From contig CAYMED010000005.1 in assembly GCA_964389655.1 (NCBI GenBank), positions 33,081 through 97,080 on the forward strand: a stretch of 64,000 nt of DNA. Direction: 5' to 3'. The DNA comes from an uncultured Candidatus Poseidoniales archaeon. GTDB lineage: Archaea > Thermoplasmatota > Poseidoniia > Poseidoniales > CAYMED01. Below are positions 29,239-39,500 of the stretch, one piece after another. The notes under the pieces are model-generated. The model made no database searches. It saw only the letters and a program-made list of their open reading frames with translations, and had not been told where the DNA came from. Each line of letters begins with the position of its first letter. The first letter of the stretch is position 1. The position numbers and the translations under genes were made by a program.

Positions 29239-31788
29239 TTGACTCATCCAAGACTTGGGGTGCAGGAACGCATTCTTCTTCATTTGCGAGATCATGCAGA
29301 CCATAGAGAATCTGTTGAAGTTCCATTCAGTGTATCACAGATGGGCATCGCAAATGCTGTCTCGATTGCTCGCAGTAACGTGCCTAGGGCTATTGCTTCT
29401 CTCAAAGATGATGGGTTATTGATTGAAAGACAAGCTCATGTAACTGGCGTGGCTCGAAAAAGGAAGGCATATTTCCTCACGGACGATGGATTGCGAGTTG
29501 CGGAAGATACTCACCAAGATCTCGCAGTACGGCCCTTGCGAGCAATATTACCTGAGGGAAAGACCATCAATGCGACATTTGGGGAATCTCCCGATGTTCT
29601 ACCTTTCCCAATGCGGCCCGTAGATATTATTCGGTATTTAGATGAAAGTGGTCTTTTAGACTTACGAAACTTAAATTCAGATCTAATTGAGCGGGATTTA
29701 TCAAAAAATATTGAGAAGCAACTTGTAACTGTTACCGGTGACCTTCCGCGCGTGCGTGCTTTCTATGGACGTGATCGAGAATTAGAGAATATGGTCTCTT
29801 TGCTTGAGGCGAGACCTACCTGTTTGCTAGTCCCGGGTATCGCAGGAATTGGGAAGACCACTTTAGCTGCAAAAATGATTGAGGCTTTTACACATAGGCG
29901 CAATCTCCTATACCATCGATGTCAGGATTGGGAGGGCCCCCGCGCTTTCCTTGATTCAGTAGGTGACTGGTTAGTTGAAATCGGAGACCCTGCCCTATCA
30001 GACTATTTAGCTGCAACAGCAGTTCCTCGCCCAGATGAGGTCGTTCGCATTCTTTGTGGGGCATTTGCTGAGATTCCTTGCTTGATCGTGATTGATGATT
30101 ATCACAAAGTCGCAGATGATGTTTTGCACAACATTATCAGAGGTCTTGTTCTTGCACTTCCGTCTACTTCTGATATTGGATTGGTTGTATTCAGTAGATC
30201 CTTCAGGGAAGTTCTTCCGATTAGTGATGCAGTTGGTACACTCCTGACACTCGTATTTCCTCTTGATGGCCTCGACCCAGATGCATCACGCTGTATGTTG
30301 ACCTCACTTGATGAGATTGATGATGTCCAATTTTTGCAAATTTATGGCATTACACGGGGACATCCATTGGCACTTGAACTGGTCAATCGTGGGGCTTCAT
30401 CGGCAACATTTCATGGTACGCTTGAAACATACGTTGAAGCAGAGATCCTTTCGAGATTAGAGGCTGCACAAAAACGTGTTTTATCGGCCTTAGGCGTGTT
30501 TCGAGAGGCTGTGCCAGTGGACTCTTTACCGGATGAGCCGGGCCTTGCAGATATACTAGATGAATTGGTAGATCGTGGTCTAGCCCGTGAATCGGATGAT
30601 GGCGTATATGATGTCCATGATTTAGTTCGTGAATTCGTACTTCGCTCGATTGAACCTCGAGTCCGTCGAGACTTGCATATGCAAGCTGCGAAATGGTATC
30701 ATGGACACAGAAATTCACTTCCAGACACCCTGGAATACCTTCACCACCTTTCCCTTTCAGGCGATCATGATGAAGTCGCCCTCGAAATTATCGAAAGTGG
30801 GCAAGCATTGGTGCGCGCTGGGCAAATGGAGTTGGTTGAAATCATCCTCGGCCTTGATGAATCAGTGATTCAACCGCGTTCTTGGTGTGAAGTCAAATTA
30901 ATCCATGGTGATTTACTAACACTTCAGGGTGAATGGGACCATGCTGAGGAAGCATACTCAAGTGTTGTTGGTCTTGCAGAAAGCCTTGGAAAACGGGCAC
31001 TGCTTGCGCGCCTGCAATCTAGTCTTGCAGATCTGATGCTCCATCGAGGTCGCACTTCAGAAGCACTGTCGCTTCACCTAGATGCTTTAGAGGCATTCAT
31101 CATGCAGAAGGATGCAGTTGGTTCTGTTCGAACTTACAACAACATAGGGGCAATTCAACGCAGGAATCAGAACCGAAAAGCAGCACTAGAGGCTTATGAG
31201 AAGGCAGAAATGGTTCTATTGGATGAAGATCCAAATGACCTTTTGACTGGGGCTAGACTGACACTTGCGCGTGCATTTATTGAGATCGATGAGCTCGATC
31301 GAGCGCGAGATCACGCAATGATCGCATTTGAACAGGCAAATGGTATTGATGATGCACTTATGATCGCGCGAGCCCAAGCAACTCTAGGGAGATATTATGC
31401 ACGAACAGATGAATCCGATCTTGCTCTCCATCATTATTCGCAAGCCCTTGATCGTCTCGGTGACTTGGGTGATCCAAGAAGTGCAGTAGAAGTATCTCTG
31501 TTACTTGGAGATGTTCTAGTGGAAACAAATCGTTCTGATGAAGCCCTTGAGCGATATCGGGAGGCTTTAGCCATGGCTGAAGCGAATGATTATCGGATGC
31601 TCATTGGTGAGATTCTAACGCGCCTTGGCGATGCAGCAACAGATCGGCAGCGCCAGGCAGAATACCTGAATCGTGCGCTTAACGTCTTTCGGGAATTAGG
31701 TGCGAAGTCAAGAATGCAAGAAGTTCAAATGCAAGTGCACAGGGCACTTACTGGGCGAGATTTTAGAACCCGGGCTGAGACAAATTAA
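29239..31788 (+). CDS. wHTH - STAND/NB-ARC-like NTPase - TPR protein (MalT-like signalling ATPase, putative regulator)
   Basis: N-terminal HTH (IANAVSIARSNVPRAIASLKDDGLL), FYGR..EL, Walker A GIAGIGKTT, Walker B LIVIDDYH, GHPLAL, VHDLVRE, C-terminal TPRs. SD-like AAGGTGA before the TTG start. Confidence 0.85.
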   Translation: MTHPRLGVQERILLHLRDHADHRESVEVPFSVSQMGIANAVSIARSNVPRAIASLKDDGLLIERQAHVTGVARKRKAYFLTDDGLRVAEDTHQDLAVRPLRAILPEGKTINATFGESPDVLPFPMRPVDIIRYLDESGLLDLRNLNSDLIERDLSKNIEKQLVTVTGDLPRVRAFYGRDRELENMVSLLEARPTCLLVPGIAGIGKTTLAAKMIEAFTHRRNLLYHRCQDWEGPRAFLDSVGDWLVEIGDPALSDYLAATAVPRPDEVVRILCGAFAEIPCLIVIDDYHKVADDVLHNIIRGLVLALPSTSDIGLVVFSRSFREVLPISDAVGTLLTLVFPLDGLDPDASRCMLTSLDEIDDVQFLQIYGITRGHPLALELVNRGASSATFHGTLETYVEAEILSRLEAAQKRVLSALGVFREAVPVDSLPDEPGLADILDELVDRGLARESDDGVYDVHDLVREFVLRSIEPRVRRDLHMQAAKWYHGHRNSLPDTLEYLHHLSLSGDHDEVALEIIESGQALVRAGQMELVEIILGLDESVIQPRSWCEVKLIHGDLLTLQGEWDHAEEAYSSVVGLAESLGKRALLARLQSSLADLMLHRGRTSEALSLHLDALEAFIMQKDAVGSVRTYNNIGAIQRRNQNRKAALEAYEKAEMVLLDEDPNDLLTGARLTLARAFIEIDELDRARDHAMIAFEQANGIDDALMIARAQATLGRYYARTDESDLALHHYSQALDRLGDLGDPRSAVEVSLLLGDVLVETNRSDEALERYREALAMAEANDYRMLIGEILTRLGDAATDRQRQAEYLNRALNVFRELGAKSRMQEVQMQVHRALTGRDFRTRAETN

Positions 31789-32242
31789 TCGTAATATTTC
31801 CATCATTTAGAATTACCCAAACTGTAGATACGCCATCGAGTCGAACTTCGCCGCTGTGGTTGGTTTTACCAGCACCGCTAATCCGTCGTATTTGGTCGAA
31901 TTTTGAGTCAACTAAACTGTGAAGTCTGACTTCATCATCTGAGATTATGAGTCGTAAATTTAGACTTCCTACTTCAGCCACTTGCAAATTCACAGGCTCG
32001 GCATATGTGGTCCCATTTGGTCCAAGACTAGCATCTTCAGCTCGTTCTATGGCGGAAGAAATGTGTTCCACATCAAGCCTCAGTGCTTCGTTTAGCCAGC
32101 GGTCTTGTGTTGCATTTTCAATATCCCATACCCATAGGCTAAAACTCGCCAAAAAAGCGACACCAAGTAAGAATGTGAATATATACCCTAGTTCGATGGA
32201 TGCAGCATTCTCATCATGATATATTGCTCCATCCTTCTTCAT
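31763..32242 (-). CDS. Small pilin-like protein with class III signal peptide-like N-terminus
   Basis: DENA/ASIELGYIFTFLLGV followed by a hydrophobic helix; ATGA overlap with the upstream gene; GGTGA SD. Confidence 0.6.
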   Translation of the reverse strand: MKKDGAIYHDENAASIELGYIFTFLLGVAFLASFSLWVWDIENATQDRWLNEALRLDVEHISSAIERAEDASLGPNGTTYAEPVNLQVAEVGSLNLRLIISDDEVRLHSLVDSKFDQIRRISGAGKTNHSGEVRLDGVSTVWVILNDGNITINLSQPGF

Positions 32243-34485
32243 GACATCACCGCAGCATATAGTTCAATGTCGGCAGTCTGTAATCCAAAAATTACAGGTC
32301 TTCCTTGTACATGGTAGATGAGTTCTGTGCCTCCAGGGCTAGGGGGGTCTGGAATCCACCCCGCATAGTCATTGAGTCGCTCATCTAGTCCTGGGAAGAG
32401 GAGCCAATCCTCCGAAAAAGCAAGGTTTTCAGTTGCCTGAAGGGCAAATGCAGAGCCATATGGGCCAACCCAGCCGCGTCTAACCTCATATGCGGTACCA
32501 CTAACCCAGCTCGTGCGCCCTTCGAGTTGGAGGTCCAAATCAGCAATTCCTTGCCCGATGGCAGACCCTGCAGCCTCGTGAATTCGGGGGACCGTAATGG
32601 AGAGCCGGGGGCCAGGGCCAGCTCTTTCACTTGGCAAGTCGAGTATTTTCGGTCGAAATTCGGGGTGATTGGTTCCGACCATTCCACCTGCTGTGCGCAC
32701 TTCCAAGTCCCTTCCCATTGTTTGATACGAATACGTCAGTGCATTGAGGGGAATTATCCATCCTCTTCCAGTTCGTTCTAATTTGTCATTTACAGTACTC
32801 CATGTATCTATTTGCAGTCCCGAGGGGTGTTTTCCCAAACGGATGTCACGCACGATTTCAGATATGTCAAGGCCCTCTGCAGAATTCCAAGGGATCTCAA
32901 AACGTATCCACCCACTAGCGCGTAAATCAAGTTCAATACATCTCTTCCATCCATCACTGGGTATTGGTATTATTCCATCATCGCCAATAATTTCAAGGAT
33001 TCGAATCGGCTGATTTGTAGATGATATGTTCAGCCAATCCCATGACTCACTGAACTCGGTGGATGATATTGTTGAAGTTGGTGTTGTAAGGTTGAGTTCT
33101 GTTTGGGGCCTTTGGATGAAATTAAGGATTGTGGCAATGGTTTCTTTACCTGATAAGATGACTTCGACAGAAGCATCATTATGAGTTGGTGATGTGGGAT
33201 CTCCCGCACTTGCCATTGGCATTGTAAAAGCGCTCCCTGAGATCTGTTTTGTATCACTGGCACTTCTCCATGTAAGGGATCCTTCTCGCCAAGATCCAAT
33301 TGCATTTTTATCCGTTGTCGGGAGCCATTGAACCTCCAAGTTTCCAGAAGCTATGACCCCTCCAACCTCGTTTCCCGTCCAACTTGCTCGAATCGCTGAG
33401 GATGGGGGGACGGTTAGGACACCTCCCCCTACTTCTGCACTAACTGTGCCTGTATGTCGGTTAATTAGCAGCAAAGTTCCTTCTATAGGGGGTGGCGAGA
33501 AATGGCGGCCAGAACTTGCTCCTCCAGACGTGGGCCATGTTATGGCTCCATTGCTAGGGGTGGATGTGTTATCTGACCATAACATGATTATGTGGGCAGG
33601 CCGACTTGTTTGGATTTCGACCCTTGATGTCTCGAATGTGGCGTGTGTGATTGAAGCAGTGCCGCTGTGGCCCCATTCTCTCTCTCCACTTTGCGTGCCA
33701 ATAGACCATTCAAGTGTGCCTGGCCCATCTGATATGGCGTGTAGAGTTAGATTTCCCTTTGGAATTCCAGTGATCCAGTTTCGCCCCTTGCCATTTTGCT
33801 CGATTTTAGTGGGCTCTAGTAACGCCGCTCCTTCTTGTCCTCGAATTCCCAGCAAGTCAACCATATGGCTTGAAAGTAGTGTTGTCGCACCACGATTAAC
33901 TGGCAGCTCGATTTCTAATGCTCCGGTGGGTGGGAGTGTGTATTGCTGGTCTTGAGCATTTTCCATTTGAAGTTCAAGTTGTAGTGGTTTGGCCTTTGCA
34001 GAATTGCCATTCGAAGATAGGACAACACGGTCTAGAGACAATGGAACTACATATCTCATGGGGGCAATTGGATCAAACCGGAGATCGGATAAACAAACGG
34101 TTTGCAAGTCCACATTTGGATGCTGAAGTGCGATTTCGCTATCTCTATCGTGTACGTCATCAAGTCTGAAAGATGTATTTGGAATGTGTGTCATGGTAAA
34201 CCAAGTGCCACCTGGTTCGGGGTCCCATCCTATTTTCCCTTCAATCCCTCGCAAATGAGAGGTGGTTTTTTCTCCTTCAAGACCACTTTCTGCTAGTGTT
34301 TGTATCTGTGTATTTAGATCACGCATTTGCTGGGATATTGCTGATTCTTCGATTGCTCCCTCAAGCTCTTCAATTACTGGAACCATTGCTGTGAGCATAA
34401 TTGCGATTATACTGAGTACACCTGCAAAAAGCATCACCGTCGCTATGGCGGCTGAGACGGCTTCTTCGTCTTTAGATAGAATCAT
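32239..34485 (-). CDS. Large (748 aa) archaeal type IV pilin-like protein (minor pilin/adhesin)
   Basis: KDEEA/VSAAIATVMLFAGVLSII class III signal-like N-terminus, amphipathic helix, long beta-rich body; GGAGG SD; ATGA overlap. Confidence 0.7.
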   Translation of the reverse strand: MILSKDEEAVSAAIATVMLFAGVLSIIAIMLTAMVPVIEELEGAIEESAISQQMRDLNTQIQTLAESGLEGEKTTSHLRGIEGKIGWDPEPGGTWFTMTHIPNTSFRLDDVHDRDSEIALQHPNVDLQTVCLSDLRFDPIAPMRYVVPLSLDRVVLSSNGNSAKAKPLQLELQMENAQDQQYTLPPTGALEIELPVNRGATTLLSSHMVDLLGIRGQEGAALLEPTKIEQNGKGRNWITGIPKGNLTLHAISDGPGTLEWSIGTQSGEREWGHSGTASITHATFETSRVEIQTSRPAHIIMLWSDNTSTPSNGAITWPTSGGASSGRHFSPPPIEGTLLLINRHTGTVSAEVGGGVLTVPPSSAIRASWTGNEVGGVIASGNLEVQWLPTTDKNAIGSWREGSLTWRSASDTKQISGSAFTMPMASAGDPTSPTHNDASVEVILSGKETIATILNFIQRPQTELNLTTPTSTISSTEFSESWDWLNISSTNQPIRILEIIGDDGIIPIPSDGWKRCIELDLRASGWIRFEIPWNSAEGLDISEIVRDIRLGKHPSGLQIDTWSTVNDKLERTGRGWIIPLNALTYSYQTMGRDLEVRTAGGMVGTNHPEFRPKILDLPSERAGPGPRLSITVPRIHEAAGSAIGQGIADLDLQLEGRTSWVSGTAYEVRRGWVGPYGSAFALQATENLAFSEDWLLFPGLDERLNDYAGWIPDPPSPGGTELIYHVQGRPVIFGLQTADIELYAAVMS

Positions 34486-35540
34486 GCAAGTACCTCCACT
34501 CTCTGAATGATGACTGTGAAATCGACATTTTTCTCAGTTGGGTGGATGGCGAGGTGCCTCCCATCTGTGTGGCCGGGTTCTGGCCCGAAACCCGTGAATG
34601 CCTCCTCAAGCCCCAACGAGCGAAAGAGGGCATGTTCACTTCCAATACGCCGCAATTGCATTGTCAGTGCGAATGCATCTTCTCCTGGTTCGGCGGATAT
34701 TCGCACATTCCTTCCTTCACCATCAAAAAGTGTGGACGGCCCTAATGATTCAAGCACAAATGAACTATCTTGTTGTAGTGATGCATTTGCATCTACTGTG
34801 ATATCTAGCAAGACTATACTTGCTTGTCCCTTACCATTTGGGAGGATTTGGTGGCGAAGACGTGGCTCTCGAATAATCTGCGGTAAATGGCCTGGCTGAT
34901 CTTCTACGCGCCCTCCGTTTACGAGGTCAATTCGGTGCACCCCTCCTTCTAAATCTCCTTCTGCCCGTAACCCATCAATTGCTACATGCACAATTCGGTG
35001 AATTGGTGAATCTAGCCGATCATAGATGGTTAACACAATCATCCTATCTCCTAAACTGGTTAATTCGATGGTAATTTCTTCTCCTTGGTCATTTATTGAC
35101 ACTTCAGATGACCCTTGATCTCGTTCAATCACTACTTTTGCCATGGTGCCATTGACTGATTGAAAAATCGCCTTCGTTCCTTCAAACCTGCTTTCGATAC
35201 GATCATAGCCTTCCAAATCTGCTGAAAAAGTCCACTGTTCTGCTCGAATGAGCGGGCGGATATTTGCTTCGCCAACATCGACTTGGAAGGCCCATTGCGT
35301 ACCATTTGGAGCATCTGCTGCGATCTGTGTTCGTTCTTCTAGTGCTTCTGATCCAACCATCATCATTGACCATTGGCGTGTGTCATCAATGTCGTCGAGA
35401 TAAGGAGCCAATACTGCAAAAACGCCGACCATGATGCTCAGCACCATGGCTAGGAGGAGAACGACGCCAATGACTTCGCTGACAGCCTCCTCCCGTGTCG
35501 CAGCGCGACGCATGAAGATGATCCTAGCCTCACTCCTCAT
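34482..35540 (-). CDS. Archaeal type IV pilin N-terminal-domain protein
   Basis: REEA/VSEVIGVVLLLAMVLSIM matches the AVS.VIG.VLL signature of archaeal pilins. Confidence 0.8.
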   Translation of the reverse strand: MRSEARIIFMRRAATREEAVSEVIGVVLLLAMVLSIMVGVFAVLAPYLDDIDDTRQWSMMMVGSEALEERTQIAADAPNGTQWAFQVDVGEANIRPLIRAEQWTFSADLEGYDRIESRFEGTKAIFQSVNGTMAKVVIERDQGSSEVSINDQGEEITIELTSLGDRMIVLTIYDRLDSPIHRIVHVAIDGLRAEGDLEGGVHRIDLVNGGRVEDQPGHLPQIIREPRLRHQILPNGKGQASIVLLDITVDANASLQQDSSFVLESLGPSTLFDGEGRNVRISAEPGEDAFALTMQLRRIGSEHALFRSLGLEEAFTGFGPEPGHTDGRHLAIHPTEKNVDFTVIIQRVEVLA

Positions 35541-36352
35541 GAAGTTGGCCCCTGAGGTTTCACACCCATTTGACCCACCCCTATTTCGATAGTGTGATCG
35601 GGTCCTTCCTGCCCGCTAATTATGAGTTCCCCTTCGAAGCGGTCCTCAATGGCGCACAAAACTTCACTTTCTGCGGCATGTGGGCGGTTATTCATTTGGC
35701 TAAGGTGTATCAGGGTGATTGAGCGGAGTTCAGGAGTCCATGCATCTGACAGGATCGCGGCTGTTTGGGCATTAGACAAGTGCCCACCGTTTGAAAGAAT
35801 ACGTGCTTTTAGGTGTGATGGATATGGGCCCGAATTTAGGAGGCGTGGGTCATAATTTGCTTCGATAGAGATGTGCTGGCACCCGCGTAAATGGTTGATT
35901 AGTTCGACAGAACCTGTGCCCAGGTCGCTAACAATTGCAATCCTCACGCCAGTGCGGTCACTGATCACGAAAGCGACATTTTCTGCGCCATCATGGCGTA
36001 CGGGTATTGGTAGCGCAGCCATTTTGTCTCCAATATCTATCCTCTGGAGTCCTTCAAAAGGGTGCCAATCGATTTCCTCTCCGAAATTAAGTGCTTCAGC
36101 AGTGCGCTTGTTTGCATAGACTGGACACCCCCATCTGCGGGCGGTTGCCATGGCCCCCCCTCCATGATCGCCGTGGTGGTGACTGACTAGAATCGCATCA
36201 ATTTCAGAAGGATGCACTCCGATTAGATCCAGCCTATGTTCAATCCGACGAACGCTGAAACCTTGGTCGACAAGGATCATGTTGCTTTCAGAACTAATGA
36301 GTGTTGAATTCCCCTTGCTACCTGTGCCAAGATGTGTGATTTGTAGGGGCAT
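35537..36352 (-). CDS. MBL-fold metallo-hydrolase (YycJ/WalJ-like, putative nuclease)
   Basis: LGTGSKGNS, VDQG, SHHHGDH (HxHxDH), HD, DLG, EANYD, YP..LK.RI...GHLSN and HLS..NN. Start moved to MPLQI (36352), which has TTCAAA 30 nt upstream. Confidence 0.9.
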   Translation of the reverse strand: MPLQITHLGTGSKGNSTLISSESNMILVDQGFSVRRIEHRLDLIGVHPSEIDAILVSHHHGDHGGGAMATARRWGCPVYANKRTAEALNFGEEIDWHPFEGLQRIDIGDKMAALPIPVRHDGAENVAFVISDRTGVRIAIVSDLGTGSVELINHLRGCQHISIEANYDPRLLNSGPYPSHLKARILSNGGHLSNAQTAAILSDAWTPELRSITLIHLSQMNNRPHAAESEVLCAIEDRFEGELIISGQEGPDHTIEIGVGQMGVKPQGPTS

Positions 36353-36552
36353 GGAATGTGGGCAACGCGGGCGGGGTTTGAAGTATACGTTATGTCTGGC
36401 ACAAAGAGGCACATTATTGAGCGGAATGGCATTTCTCGCATGAGGGGAAATGAGTCACGTCGCTACTTTAGTCCGAACCGTGCTCCATCATTATGATAAG
36501 GACCCCTGCATAGTTCCGATTATCCAGCGGACGCGCTGTAGGTGATGATGCT

Positions 36553-39500
36553 ATGCGCAACAAGCAAACCTCGGCTCTAATGGTGCTGGTAATTGTGGGC
36601 GGCCTTCTTGCAGCACCCCAACTCAATACATCTGCGCCGATAGGGTCTACTGACCCCTCTGAAGCACAAGGGGGAGGGCCGCCAGTGACGGATAGTGATC
36701 GCGATAAGATACCAAATGTCTTTGAAGACCGATTTGGCGTCGACGTTGAAGTCACTTCGTCAGATGGACGTTCAGTTCAGGTACGCGGCCTTGACCCACT
36801 GAACGCTTCTGATAATGAAACTGATTTTGATCGTGATGGCCTGACCGCAATTGAGGAATATTGCTGGCCTTATGCACTTGACCGATGCTTCACTAGTCGT
36901 TCGGGCCAGACGGGTATCTTGGACTTAGATACTCAACGCCGGGTCTATCTTGATCCTACATCGGGAGATAGCGATGGAGATGGATTGCCAGATGGTTATG
37001 AAGTGATGATGTGTGCTGAAGTTGATGGTTCAAAACAAGTTGAGGGTGCGTGGGATTGCGCAAAGTTCGACCCACTGAATGCAAGTGATGGTAAAGCAGA
37101 TTATGACCTCGATGGATTTGATGTTGACCGAGATGGGATCCTTGAAACTGATGAGTACTTTTCAAACGCGGAGGAATATTTGTTTGGTGCTCCTGACAAT
37201 TGGACAACTGAGATTGATGGCCTCAGATATGGCCCTAATGTTTTCGGTGAAGATGACTGGTATGGGACAGACCCGCTCAAAGGAGATAGTGACTCTTATG
37301 CGTGGGCTCCGAATTATCAGCGCCCTTCTCGATTGACTTTGACGGGGGATAGCATACCTGATGGATGGGAAGTTTACTTTGGCCTTGACCCTCTAAATGC
37401 TTCTGACAACATCCTTGATGCCGATTCAGATGGATGGGATGAAGATGGCGATGGTGTTGTGAAACAACAACTTACTCAAGCGCGCATCCATCTCGATGAG
37501 GCATTCAGCAATCTTGAGGAATATCAGGTATTTCTTGACGATGGAACATGGGTTGAAGGTGGCCTCAAGTTTGCTGAAGTATCTTTGAAGGATGATGCTG
37601 ATGTTACTGTTCTTGACCAAGGTGATCTCGTATCCCCTATTGCGCATTATGATGTCAGAAGTCTCGCCTTAGACGAGGATCTGGGCATGGTATATGTAGG
37701 CGCGAGAACGGGTGTAAGTGTGCTCAAATATAATGAAACAGGGGCACATGAAACTCAAACAGTCCCTATGCCAACAGGCGTACGAGTCAATGAAATCCGT
37801 CTTCACCGCCCAGAGAATGCTACTATGGGTGTACTAATTGTTGCAACATCTACTGATGTGCGCACACTCCCCATAGGTAATGATGGTTGGATCACAGACC
37901 ATATTCCACTAGCTGTCTTGGATATTGGTAACACCACTTTGCTTCGTACGTGGAATACAGACCCGGACTCTTTTGACCATATTCTTGCCTTTGGACCAAA
38001 TGTAACCATGCATCGCATTGCGGTAGGAGGTGATGGCTCAATTCCATTTTCCAAGGTGATTCCGATTGATCAAGGCCCTCTTATTACCTCTCTCCAATCA
38101 GGTGGTGTTGTTGTGCAAGATGCGTTGCACATCACAGGGAGTTCATCACGGCCAGATGAGATTTATTTTGGTACAGATTTAGGTATGCTACGAATTAGCG
38201 CACTTAATTTAACAACCGACGTTCCTGTATGGCTGTACGGCTCAAATGGGGTAACTATTGATGTGTCGAATATTTCGATAGGCATTGACACACTTTCCAA
38301 TCGAGAAGCAGTTGACACTCGTGCTTTAGTTGCGGATGGGCCAGATGGTGGTGAGGCCACTAAGATTTGGATTGCTGCAAAATCAGGATTGCATAGTCTC
38401 AATTTGTTTACTGGTGATATAGACCCAGAGATATTATTGAGCGGCGATGACGTTCTTCGAGGCAACGATTTGTGGTCGGTGAAACCTCTTCCCCGTGATG
38501 ATAAAATTTTGCTTGGATCGACATTTGGAATGTGGGCCGCATCCTATGCTCAACCAAATATTGGTGCAGAAACTGTACAAACAAGAATTCCTGGCCGAGT
38601 TGTAGATATGGTAGTTCTAGAAACATCTGATGACTCAGTAGTGTTTGCTGCCTGTGATCCTGGCCAATTTGCGAACATTGTGTTGATGGACCCTAAGAAC
38701 AATGATTCCGACTTTGATGGATTGCCGGATGGTTGGGAATATATCTACGGACTCGATCCCTCCGACCCCTACGACGGCCGCGAAGATAGTGATGGGGACG
38801 GTCTAGACTTAGACCTTGACGGATTTGTTGACCGTCCTTGGACAAATCGTGATGAATTTGAGTACCGCCCTCTAACGATTAATGGTACCAATACAACAGA
38901 CCCAAGAAATCCAGATTCGGATGCTGATGAACTTCCAGATGGAGTCGAGTTCTACGGCGAATTTGGCCAATTAACTGATTTCAGTTGCCACTATCTAGAA
39001 GATGGAACATATGTGTGTGATGCAGATCTTGCCGCATCATGGCCTGTGGGGACCCCACTTCCTGGTGAAGTTGCTCGGCAAAATTATGCACTGATTTCAG
39101 ATCACCCCACGGATCCTAAAGCAACAGATAGCGATGGGGATGGGATGCCAGATGGTTGGGAGATCATGAATCGGAGATGGATCGGACAGACTTTCTCCGG
39201 AGCAAATTCATGGACTCTTGATCCCAATGACCCGAGTGATGCGTGGCTTGATGCTGATGGCGACGGTTTGGCGAATTTATGTGAATACAACTGGACGAGA
39301 GATCGTGACCTGACAATTGCAGGTACATTAAAAATGTTCAATGAGGACTCTGAATCGGCCCTAAATTGGAGTTTATCCGATCCAAATTTAATCGATAGCG
39401 ATGGGGACGGTCTTCCCGATGGATGGGAAGCACGAATGGTGCCCGGGCAAAACAAGTGTGATTGGAAATTACCCAACCGCGGTATTAATCCGCTGAATGG

